Positions 1 to 10,968 of a stretch of DNA of 64,000 nucleotides are shown piece by piece. A program made the position numbers and the translations under genes. The stretch is from Malacoraja senta (taxonomy: Eukaryota): NCBI GenBank assembly GCA_038087875.1, contig CM075988.1, positions 16,184,001 to 16,248,000 of the forward strand, in the 5' to 3' direction. Below the pieces are notes generated by a model, which did no database searches, was not told the origin of the DNA, and saw nothing but the letters and a program-made list of their open reading frames with translations. Each line of letters begins with the position of its first letter. Within the stretch, counting starts at the first letter, position 1.

Positions 1-336
1 CTGCATGCCAGTCAGTATCTGAGGAGAGGAATGGGTAGACAATGGGTTGGCATCCTTCTTCACATGGATACCAGAATCTGTGGGGAGAAATGGGCATGCG
101 ATGGATTGGAACCCTTCTTCAGACAGATACCAGTATCTGCAGTTCCGTGTCAGCAAATAATACTGATCGGTAAACCTGTATTTTATCAGGGAATCTGTTC
201 TATACACACAGTATGTACCTAATTTATGAACTTTTTGTTGTTATTATTACTTGAAAACTGACCCAAAGCAAACTTTCCAGTGGGTGTCTAAGGCTTGAAT
301 GTAATTGCATGAGCTTATGCTGTTTCTCGGCAATGT

Positions 337-781
337 TTCAGTTTAGTTTATTGTCACGTGTACCAAGGTACAGTGAAAAGCTTTTGTTGCGTGCTAACTG
401 GTCAGTAATATCTCTGCAGAGACCCACACTATTAACATTCTGGACTAACCTAGACAATACATGATTACAATCAATCCATTTACAATGTATCGATACATAA
501 GGGAACAATGTGTAGTGCAAAGTAATGCCAGCAAAGTCCAATCAATGATAGACCGAGGATCATCAAAGAGGTAGATAGTAGTTCAGCACTGCTCTCTGGT
601 TGTGGTAGGAAGATTCGGTTGACTGATAACAGCTGGAAGAAATTGTCCCTGAATCTGGTGGTGTGTGTTTTCACACTTCTATACCTTTTGCCTGATGGGA
701 GAGGGGATAAGAGGGATTGGCCAGGGTGCGACTCGTCCTTGATTATGCTGCTGGCCTTGCCGAGGCAGCGTGAGGTATAAA
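337..781 (-). mobile_element. Rex1/Babar LINE 3' fragment
   Basis: Minus strand encodes KRYRSVKTHTTRFRDNFF-like C-terminus and ends in the tail gtacacgtgacaataaactaaac; the same family occurs at 19563-19930 (+). Confidence 0.75.
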
Positions 782-1467
782 GGTTTAAAACAAAAAGTTA
801 TGTAAAGTCGCCCATTTCTTTCTTCCTGTCTTTCAGGATCTTGACAGGTGGGTACATGGTTGTTGCATAAAAATTCCTAAATTTTCGGCTGAATGTTTAT
901 TGCAACAGATTTCTAGGAATAAAAAGAAAGCATGTTTGTACCAGAAGATGTGTCATCAGAATCCAAGCCCACGGATTTCTACGAAACACTGCCTGAGACT
1001 AGCATCATTGCATCAGCATGGTAAAGGTGAGTTATAAATTGCTGACTGCTACCAAGAAGCAGGAAAGGCATTTTTTTTTTTACTCAGTCACAGTGCTTGT
1101 GATAATCCATTCTTACAGTCTTGTCTGAATTTCTATGGTGTTGCTGAAAGTACTATCATTTGCACAAGGCAGAGTTAACAACAGAATATATTTTATTGAA
1201 TGCAGCTATTTGAAGGCAGCAATATGGGTGTATATATTAGTTCAGGTAGAATTATTTTTTTTTGGATTGGAAGAATCAGCAATGATTGACGTGCTTTGAG
1301 TGAGAGGCTAATAAAGGTATTTTTCCTCGCGAATTCAATATTGTAATAGAACAATAATTTCATAATCGATATGAAACCCATTGAGTTACTCCAACACTTT
1401 GTGTCCTTTTGTATAAATCAGCATCTACAATTCCTTGTTTATATGTACCTAACCGGGTGAGGACATG

Positions 1468-1789
1468 GGCAGCCACGATAGCGCAGTGGTAGAGTTGCTG
1501 CTTTACAGCGCTTCAGCGCCGGTGACCCTGGTTCACCCTCACTACAGGTGCTGTCTGTACAGAGTTCGTACGTTCTCCCCGTGATCGCATGAGTTTTTCT
1601 TCCGAGATCTTTGGTTTCCTACCACACTCCAAAGACGTAAGGTATGTAGGTTAATTGGCTTGGTGTATGCATGTGAATTGTCCATAGTAGTAGGATAGTG
1701 TTAATATGCGGGGATTGCTAGTCAGTGCAGACTCGGTGGGCTGAAGGGCCTGTTTCCGCGCTGTATCTCTAAAACTAAAAACTAAAACT
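1468..1789 (+). mobile_element. HE1-type tRNA-derived V-SINE (representative full copy)
   Basis: tRNA-like head gcgcagtggtagag..ggttc, V-domain ttcctaccacactccaaagacgt..taggttaattggc, CR1-like tail and (taaaac)n. Further copies at about 2072-2340(-), 21066-21330, 23228-23490, 25530-25820, 26970-27280(-), 33245-33445(-), 35270-35535, 37805-38090, 42810-43150, 47395-47702, 51945-52227, 53880-54130(-), 55665-55890(-), 56455-56790, 59520-59815(-), 60320-60620(-). Confidence 0.85.
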
Positions 1790-3208
1790 TAAGCAACCAT
1801 TCTGCGTGATATTGCTCCATTGTAGCTGTGATTCTGAATTGAATGATGTTAAGTAGTGTTCTAAGTAGTGTAGAGTTAAGACGGCCCATTGTCAAGATCC
1901 AGGATGAGAAGCTTCTCATTGCAGCAGGTTGAATTCAACAAATTGCACCTTCAGAACTATTCAGATGTCCTCGATTGGAATTTACAATTGTTTGTGAATA
2001 TACCTGTTCCTGAGACTGAAGGTTCAATAACTAAAAACTGGAAAATCGATCTGCATAAATTAACCCAAACCTAAAGATACCGCGTAGAAACTGTCCCTTC
2101 AGCCCACCACGTCTGCGCCGACCAACAATCACCCCTTAACACCAGCACTATCCTACACACTGGGGACAATTTAACCAAAGCCAATTAACCTACAAATATG
2201 TAAATCTTTGGAGTGTGGATGGAAACCGGAGCACCCGGAGAAAACCCACGCGGTCACAGGGAGAGTATACAAACTGCGTGCAGACGGCACCCATAGTCAT
2301 GATCCAACCCAGGTCTCTGGCGCTGTAAGGCAGCAACCCAACCATCTTGCCTAAATTGTAGGAACCTGGAATTTTCAGCCAGAAATCAAGTTTCTTCACC
2401 TCTTCTGCAGAAACTGACAAAAGGACAATGCCCCATTTCAAACCTATCATTGCCACGAACGTCTGCTGTTTTAAGAGACTCCTCGGGATTACATTTGGAC
2501 ACAAGGGCATTAACAGGCACGGATTAAAAACTTTTTTTTAATGTTTTTATTTATTCTGAGGTCACTACATTAATAACTGGCAATATTATGTACTATATGA
2601 AATAATTTTCAGTTTAAATTTAAGTTCCTACCACAGCTCCTCCTGATTCACTGATTCCTCAGGTGAGTGTACAGTGCCTGATGAACTATACAAGTCACTG
2701 ACTGAAAGTACATGCATTATGTTCCACACAATTTTTTCCTTGAAGAGTTTACAATTATTTTGGAGAATCTATGTAAATAAACCAAAATTGGTCGGTATCC
2801 TGTTTTTACACACTTCTGCAATTAGTGATGAGGGAAAACTACATTCATTCTTAGGATTTTCTTTGTCAAATTTCCACTCAACAATTTACAAATCAATGAA
2901 CATGTTTTAGTTCTCTTAAATTTCAGCTTCACTGATCAAATTGCAATGGGCTTTCTATTTTACCGCCTTCATAAGTGACAGGCCATTCGGCCCATCGTTT
3001 ACTCTGCCATTCAATCATGGTTGATCTATCTCTCGCTTGCCCCATTCTCCTGCCTTCTCCCCATAACCTCTGACACCCATACTAATCAAGAATCTATCTT
3101 TCTCTGCCTCAAATATATGCGTAGGCCAGCGATAGCCCCCATACACAAGCACTATCCATTACACTACTGCAACACTACCGCTGCGCTGCTGTGCTGGCCT
3201 AATTTAAC

Positions 3209-3820
3209 GGGTGAACAATCCAGCGCTTGGTGAATTCTGGTTCACAATGATAGGATAAAGGGCCTGCCCCACTTGGCCGTCATTTGCGCCTCATTTACAC
3301 GTCATATCACGCGTCATCACGCAAATCACGCGTCATCATGCCATCTGGTGCGCGTGACGTCATTAGAATACCCTGCGACGCGTGGCGATGCATGGTTACA
3401 CACGGTGACGTAACCATGCGTCACCACGCGATACCCGTGAGACGTCGAGACGCCAGCGTGCGACGCCAATGCATCAGCGTGCGTACGCGATATGTCACGC
3501 AGGTGGCGCGCGAGGATTTCGTTACTCTACGAAATCCTGGAGCGCTGCGTGATACCATGCACCACCGCATGCAATTCCATGCCTCACCATGCACAACGCA
3601 TGCGCACCCCACGCGTCACGACGCATCGACCTATTTTACATACGACTCGTAAATGAGGCGCAAATGACGGCCAAGTGGGACAGGCCCTTTAGCCGACATT
3701 GAAGGATCAAAAAGCGCTGTTGCTGTGAATGCTTGGCCGCCACAAGCTAGTTATCTCTGTGGTAACTTTTCTGACACCTCCTGCTTCAAACGCAAAAAGT
3801 CATAAGGATCGTGAGGCTCC
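3209..3820 (-). pseudogene. 28S rRNA pseudogene fragment (domain V/peptidyl-transferase region, about 175 nt) interrupted by a MITE
   Basis: 3209-3255 gggtgaacaatccagcgcttggtgaattctggttcacaatgatagga and 3692-3820 gccgacattgaaggatcaaaaagcg..ttggccgccacaagctagttatctctgtggtaacttttctgacacctc are the reverse complement of conserved eukaryotic LSU rRNA, with substitutions. Confidence 0.85.
3259..3688. mobile_element. PIF/Harbinger-like MITE (430 bp)
   Basis: About 40-bp TIRs agggcctgccccacttggccgtcatttgcgcctcatttac / gtaaatgaggcgcaaatgacggccaagtgggacaggccct; flanked by TAA and TTA; CpG-rich interior. Confidence 0.85.
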
Positions 3821-4886
3821 ACTGTGAAAGCTAGCATAGCTGTCATGTGGAAAATAATTACATTGAATACCTAAAGTTAATTAACAAAGAAGCTGGTTCA
3901 ACTAGTTCATGCCACGATGATTCTCCAGTTACAGTAAAAGTTTGTGACTTGCTTGGGTTTACTTAAGAAAAAATCAGATTGCAATCAAGAAATTTGGCAT
4001 CAACATTGCTGCTTTCAGGTGCAATGCAAAAGACAAATAAAAACAATGTAACACTTTTGTGTGTGTTCCCAACATCCTGAAGCAAACAAAATGGTTTGCA
4101 GCAGCTGCTTACAGGTTCCAATCGGAGAACATCCTTCATGTTAACTCAATGCCAGCAGAGGTTGCGTGCATTAAAGGTGTTTGACAACTTCAGAATTGTA
4201 AAGTACCTGCTGTCTCCAAGATCACGCAACACAACGCCCACATTTGATATAAAAAACTGTTGTTTATTTCTCCTTTGCTGGACTGAACATTGAAGTCGGT
4301 CCTTTTATTCTCCCTAAGAAGCTGCTGATGAATATATCTGGACCATAAAACACTCCCCCTCACTTTATCTTGGTAGCATAGTATTAATAGTGTCATGGAG
4401 ACATAGTTATACAGAACAGAAACAGGCCCCATTGGCGCACTATATTCATGTTGGCCTTCAAGAACCTGCATGGTAATCCCATTTCTTAACACTCAGCCCA
4501 TAACCTTCAAGACCTCGGTGTTGCAAGTGTTTAAGTCACTGTGAGAGTATCTGCCGACACCATGCCATTGGGCAGTGAATTCCACATGTCAATAACCTCC
4601 TGGATTAAAAAAAATATCTGCTCCAGTCCCCACTATAGCTTCTACCTCTTGCATTAATCCGAAACCCTTTGGGATAGACAACTCCGCTGAAGGGAAAAGT
4701 TTCACATTATCTACCACACAAATCACCTGCATTATTTTGTACACACCTTGATCAAGTCACCTCCGCCACCTTGCTCCAGCACAGAATGATCTTGTTCTGA
4801 AACAGAAAGTGATGGAAACACACCGAAGGTCAAGTTAACCACAAAGGCCGCCTCGCCAACAGTCTGTCTCGTCCCCTCCTTCTTTG

Positions 4887-6488
4887 TTAAGTTCAAGTTC
4901 AAGAGAGTTTATTGTCATGTGTCCCAGATAGGACAATGAAATTCTTGCTTTGCTTCAGCAAAACAGAATATAGAAGGCATGAATACAGAACAGATCAGTG
5001 TGCCCATATACCATTGTATAAATATACACACACATGAATAAATAAAACAGATAAAGTGCAAATAAGCAGATAATGGGCTATTAATGTTCAGAGTTTTGTT
5101 TGAGTTGAGTTTAATAGCCTGATGGCTATGGGGAAGAAGCTGTTTCTGAACCTGGTCGTTGCAGTCTTCAGGCTCCTGTACCTTCTACCTGAAGGTAGCG
5201 GGGAGATGAGTGTGTGGCCAGGATGGCGTGGGTCCTTGATGATGCTGCCAGCCTTTTTGAGGCAGCGACTGCGATAGATCCTCTCGATGGTAGGGAGGTC
5301 AGAGCCGATGTTGGACTGGGCAGTGTTTACTACTTTTTGTAGTCTTTTTCGCTCCTGGGCACTCAAGCTGCCGAACCAAGCCACGATGCAACCGGTCAGC
5401 ATGCTCTCTACTGTGCACCTGTAGAAGTTAGAGAGAGTCCTACTTGACATACCGACTCTCCGTAATCTTCTCAGGAAGTAGAGGCACTGATGTGCTTTCT
5501 TCATAATAGCATCAGTGTTCTCGGACCAGGAGAGATCTTCAGAGATGTGCACGCCCAGGAATTTGAAACTCTTGACACTTTTCACCATCGACCTGTTGAT
5601 ATAAACGGGACTGTGGGTCCCCATCCTACCCCTTCCAAAGTCCACAATCAGTTCCTTGGTTTTGCTGGTGTTGAGGGTCAGGTTATTGTGCTGGCATCAT
5701 TTGGTCAGTCGGTCAATCTCACTTCTATACTCTGAATCATCCCCATCAGTGATACGTCCCACAACAGTGGTGTCATCAGCGAACTTGATGATGGAGTTCG
5801 CACTATGACCGGCTACGCAGTCATGAGTATAGAGTGAGTACAGCAGGGGGCTGAGCACGCAGCCTTGTGGTGCTCCCGTGCTGATTGTTATCGAGGCTGA
5901 CACTTTACCACCAATTCGAACAGTCTGTGGTCTGTGAATGAGGAAGTCGAGGATCCAATTGCAGAGGGATGCGCAGAGACCCAGTTCTGAGAGTTTGATA
6001 ACCAGCTTGGAGGGAATGATTGTATTAAATGCCGAGCTGTAGTCAATGAATAACAGCCTGACATATGATTTTTTGTTGTCCAAGTGGTCCAGAGCGGAGT
6101 GGAGAGCCAGCGAGATCGCATCCACCGTTGATCTGTTGTGGCAGTAAGTGAATTGCAGTGGGTCCAGGTTTTTCTCGAGGTAGGAGTTGATTTGCACCAT
6201 GATCAACCTCTCGAAGCACTTCATCACCACCGACGTTAGTGCCACTGGTCGATAGTCGTTGAGGCACGTCACCTACCTCTTCTTGGGCACCGGTATTATT
6301 GATGCCCTTTTAAAGCAGGTGGGAACCTCAGACCTCAGAAGTGAGAGGTTGAAAATGTCCGTAAAAACTCCAGCCAGTTGGTCCGCACAGGTTTTTAGAA
6401 CACGACCGGGTATACCATCAGGTCCAGGCGCTTTTCGAGGGTTCACGCCTCTGAAGGATTTTCTGATGCAGGCCTCTGTGACTGTGAC
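4887..6488 (-). mobile_element. Rex1/Babar LINE, 5'-truncated, RT domain disrupted
   Basis: ORFs 5697-6272 and 5088-5645: [65 protein letters not shown]; 3' tail (ttgaac)n near 4890. Confidence 0.92.
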
Positions 6489-6489
6489 T

Positions 6490-7100
6490 TATGTAGTGGT
6501 GTGTCTTGTTGTTTTTTAGTATGTGTTAAATGCATGTTTTAGTGTCCCTTAGCGTGTTTTATGTGGTGGGTGGGGGGAGGGTTGGGGGAAACTTTTATTA
6601 ATCTCTTACCTTGACGGAGATGCGATTTTCTTTCCGTATCATATCTCCGTCCACACTGCGGCCTAACATCGAGGAGCTGGCGGCCTCTGTTGGAGACCAA
6701 ATTCGGGGGCTGCAGGACATACCAGTGTGAAGCTGGCAATCCCTGTCGGCAATCAACCTTGGAGCTCCAACCGCGGGAGCCTGTGGACTTTAACGTCGTG
6801 GAGCTCGCGGTCTCTGGTTAGAGCCCGATTTCAGGAGCTCCAAACCCCACATGCGGGAGCTTGGACCGCCCCGACGTGGGAGCTTCGATCGCCAGCTGCA
6901 GATGGTTTGACTGCCCCGACCCGCGGGAGAATAAAGAGGAAGAAGATTAGACTTTATTGCCTTCCATCACAGTGTTAACATCATTATGTTGACTTTTATG
7001 TAGTGGTGTGTCTTGTTGCTTTTTTTTAGTATAGCTGTATGGTAATTTGAGTTTCACTGTACCTTAATTGGTACACGTGACAATAAAATGACCTTTGAAC
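6490..7100 (+). mobile_element. Non-coding GC-rich retroelement with a Rex1-type 3' tail; its head at about 4845-4885 is separated by the Rex1 insertion
   Basis: Shares head (gcctcgccaacagtctgtc), T-rich segment, gaggaagagga-like purine block and tail (ttcactgtacc..gtgacaataaa) with 30815-31657 and 17016-17200. Confidence 0.6.
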
Positions 7101-7339
7101 CTTCAAGAGTTTACACCTTGGGTCAAACCTCTGATACTTGTTTACTCCTCCTAATTATTGATCTGTGCACTAAGGATATATGACCTGGGGATGATCTTTA
7201 GATTCAGAGGAAAGATAAATATTATGTGAAGTAGTCAGTGTTGATGTATTTTGGGAGCAGCTGCCTTGGGTTAGTTATAGAGTCATATAACAATGAAACA
7301 GGCCCTTCCGCCTAACTTGTCCATGCTGACCAACACTAG

Positions 7340-7675
7340 GTAGATAAAAGTGCTGGAGAAACTCAGCGTGTGCAGCAGCATCTATGGAGCGAAGGAAATA
7401 GGCAACGTTTCGGGCCGAAACCCTTCTTCAGACTGATGTAGGGTGGGGGGTGGGGGGGGGGCGGGGAGAAGAAAGGAGAAAGGAAGAGGAGGAGCCTGAG
7501 GGCTGAGGGAGAGCTGAGAAGGGGAGGAAACAACAAGGGCTACCGGAAATTGGAGAAGTCGATGAATATGCCGCTAGGGTGCAAACTGCCCAAGCGCAAT
7601 ATGAGGTGCTGCTCCTCCAATTCCCGGTGGTACTCACTCTGGCCATGGAGGAGGCCCAGGACAGAAAGGTCGGAC
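7340..7675 (-). mobile_element. Penelope-like element 3' fragment (GIY-YIG C-terminus plus pLTR with hammerhead motif)
   Basis: Minus strand reads DLSVLGLLHGQSEYHRKLEEQHLILRLGSLHPSG; ctgaagaagggtttcggcccgaaacgtt lies on the minus strand within 7401-7434. Confidence 0.8.
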
Positions 7676-7787
7676 CAACACTAGTCCTACCTGTTTGTGT
7701 TTGGCCCATATCCTTCTGAACCTATCCTAGACATGTACCTTTCCATATGTATTTTAACTGTTGTGATAGTATCTGCCTCAACTGCCT

Positions 7788-9473
7788 CAACCAATTCCAA
7801 CACGTTTTCACCCGGGAAGATATGGAGCCCTCATCATTTCCAGTTCTACCGCCCAGCCCGTATGCTGATATGCCTGCTATTAAAATTGAGGTTGAAGGTG
7901 TCAAGAAGTTATTGCTCAACATCAATACCACAAAAACAATTGGACCAGATCAGATACAGAATCAAGCCCTCAAGATCGCGGCCGAAGAACTGGCTCCAGT
8001 TTTGCAGTTCATTTTCCAACAATCGCTTGACTCAGGTGAAGTTCCGCTGGATTGGAGGAAGGCTAACATCACTCCTCTCTTTAAGAAAGGTTCAACCACC
8101 AACCCAGCGAATTATCGTCCTGTTTCATTAACAAGTACTTGCTGCAAATTACTGGAGCATGTAATTGATAGTAATCTGATGCGACACATGAGCAAACATA
8201 ATATTCTTGCTGACAACCAACATGCATTTAGGAGGCATAGATCATGTGAGTCTCAGCTTATCCTGACGACAAATGACCTGGCCAAACATCTTGATGGTAA
8301 TGTCATCACGGATTTAGTAGTGCTGGACCTTTCTAAAGCATTTGATGTCATCCCACACCAGAGACTGCTTTGGAAGCTTGACTTCTATGGTATTCGTTCC
8401 AACACGAAACGATGGATTTCCAGTTTCCTGACAAAACGTCTTCAGCGTGTGTGTGTGAACGGAAAGAGCTCCAATTGGCATCCAGTGTTGAGTGGTACAC
8501 CTCTGGGCACAGTACTTGGCCCACATCTGGTTTTGCTTTACATAAACGACATCCATGAAAAAGTCGCAAGCACGACCAGACTATTCGCTGATGATTGTTT
8601 GCTGTACCATCCAATTAAGTCAGCTGATGATGAAGATGCTCTCCAAAAGGACCTCGATACAATGGTTGAGTGGTCACACCAATGGGGCATGCAGTTCAAC
8701 CCTTCCAAATGTGAAACCATGCGTGTCACCAGAAAGAGGAATCCAGGCGAAACATCGTACAATATACTTGGTACCACCCTTGAAGAATCCAAACAAACCA
8801 AGTACCTTGGCATCAAATTGCAGAATGATCTGCGTTGGAATGGTCAGACTCATCATGCAACGGTGAAAGCAACAGGTGTCCTAAATTTTCTGAGGCGCAA
8901 CTTTCATCATTGTTCAACTTCTGTCAAGGAGAAGCTATACTTCACCCTCGTTAGACCTCATTTGGACTACGCAGTTGCAGCATGGGACCCATACACAAAT
9001 AAAAACATTTCTTCCATCGAACGTGTCCAAAGACAGGCAGCTCGATTTGTTACTAACACCTATGAGAGAGAGAAGCGAGTGTTACCAAACTTCTGAATTC
9101 TCTGGGGTGGAACCCTCTCCAAGACAGACGTGAAGCTCACCGTTTGACCTGTTTTTACATAATGTTAAATGGTCAGCTCGACATAGATTACAAGACCTAC
9201 ACCGAACCCAAACCAATTAGGAGCAGACGAGGGCATTCGATCCAATTTGTGATTCCAGCTACCAAGACAGATGTGGACAGCAATTCATTCTTCCCCCGCA
9301 CAATTAAAGCATGGAATAATCTCCACCCTACTTTAGTTACCCAACCAGATGCAACTAAATTTAAGGTAGCTCTTTCTTCCCAAAAACACTTTCTGGCTTA
9401 AGTCCTCCCTCCACCACCTCCAGTTTAAATTCCATTTGGAATATTTTGGAGGACCAAGAAACCAAGAACCAAG
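7788..9473 (+). mobile_element. CR1-group LINE of divergent (invertebrate-like) type, 5'-truncated, RT ORF nearly intact
   Basis: ORF 7747-9096 with [47 protein letters not shown]; one GA-slippage frameshift near 9065; (ccaagaa)n tail; imperfect TSD aactgcct/aactacct inside a minus-strand CR1 remnant. Confidence 0.88.
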
Positions 9474-9740
9474 AACTACCTTCTCCAGCAGCTCATTCCA
9501 TAATACCTACCACCCTTTGTTTTTTTTATTGTCTCTCGGGTTCCTATTAAATCTTCCCCCTCTCCTTAAACCTATGTCCCCTGGTTCATGACTCCCCTAC
9601 TTTGGGTAAAAGACTGTGCATTTACCCTATCTATTCCTCTCATGATCTTATGCACCTCTAAGATCACCCTTCATCCTCCTGCGCTCCATGGATAAAGTCC
9701 TATCCTGCTCAACATCTCTCTATAGCTCAGTCCTCGAGTC

Positions 9741-10295
9741 TTCTTCAGACTGGTTGTAGTTGGGATGAGAAAGTTGGAAAAGAGGTTGGGGTGGGACAAA
9801 GCCTTTATATCAGCGAGGCCAAGCGTAGACCAGGCCACCATTTCGCCAAACACATGCGCTCAGTCCACCTAGGCCTGCTGGATCTTCTGGTTGTTAACCA
9901 TTTTAATTCCCCTTCCCCTTCCCATGGTAACTTTTTGTTTGTCCCAACCTCTTCCATTGTGAGTGAGGCCACGAGCAAACTGGAGGAACAGAACCGTATC
10001 TTCTGCTTGGATAACTTGCAAATGTATGAGCATTGATTTATCCAATTTTTGGTGTTAAACCCACCTTTTTTTCATTCCTCTCTTCCCTATGCCCCACACA
10101 GGTGCACATCCATCACACCCACCATCCTATCTCCCTTTCCCCTTCCTTCCCCATCCTCTTCCACCTATAACCCTCCCTCGGCTTTATATTTCACTCTCTT
10201 CTCTTTTTATCTAATACCCCTCTGTGTCCATTTCATCTCTAGCCATTGCCCACCCATCTGCCTAACCGCCCCACCTATATATCCACCCATTGCTT
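9741..10295 (+). mobile_element. Penelope-like element fragment (GIY-YIG endonuclease remnant with an inverted pLTR piece)
   Basis: YISEAKRRPGHHFAKHMRSVH..NHFNSPS..KLEEQNRIFCL followed by a pyrimidine-rich 3' UTR. Confidence 0.75.
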
Positions 10296-10968
10296 GATGG
10301 GTAAAGTCAAAGACCAGGATTTTGATGCATCATGCATTTGTCTCCCAACCTGAAAGCCAACAGAATTGAAATGCTGTGTTTATTAAAGATAAGTTCGAAG
10401 TGTTCATGTTGATCAGGAGCAAGTTCTGTGGGTAAATCACTGAAGTGTTTCAATGGGTTCAATCTAATCCAACCTGTGACAAGCTGTTGTACGAAACGAA
10501 ATGGTATTAAGTCCTGAACAGTTTAGTGAAAATGAAAGATATATTTTAGAGGTTGGGCAAGTGGAAGTCTTTGCTGAAATGCAACTGTTTCTGATGTGAC
10601 ATCGGTACGTATTTATTTTAAAGAAATTTTAAACTTAGTGGTATTCTTTTCATGTTATCAAATGTGCTGAATCATTTGGAAAATATACATGGTAAATGTT
10701 TAAAATGAATTATTTAACATTGCGAGCGGTTCTCTCCTGAATTTACCTTAGATTAATAGAAAGATAACATGAGATTCTTGAAGGATAGATGGAAAACATC
10801 ATTTGTACCTCTATGGCAAGGTAGTGAAGTCCCGGAGCACTGTAGTCCAACCTTTGAACAGGACCACAGTACAATGTCAGGATGTGTTAGAAGGAATTGC
10901 AAATGCTGGTTTAAACCGAAGATATACACAAAATGAATTGTGTAACTCAGTGGGACAGACACCATCTC

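Noticed and set aside
1468..1550. tRNA genes at SINE heads
   Set aside because: A/B-box-like heads continue into the SINE body and do not form a full cloverleaf
3284..3652. 122-aa Arg/His-rich ORF (and similar ORFs at 32683-33135 and 50452-50875)
   Set aside because: They lie within or across MITEs whose microrepeats are poor in stop codons, and show no domain motifs
3209..3820. Functional rRNA gene
   Set aside because: Only about 175 nt of LSU, mutated and interrupted, with no rDNA unit context
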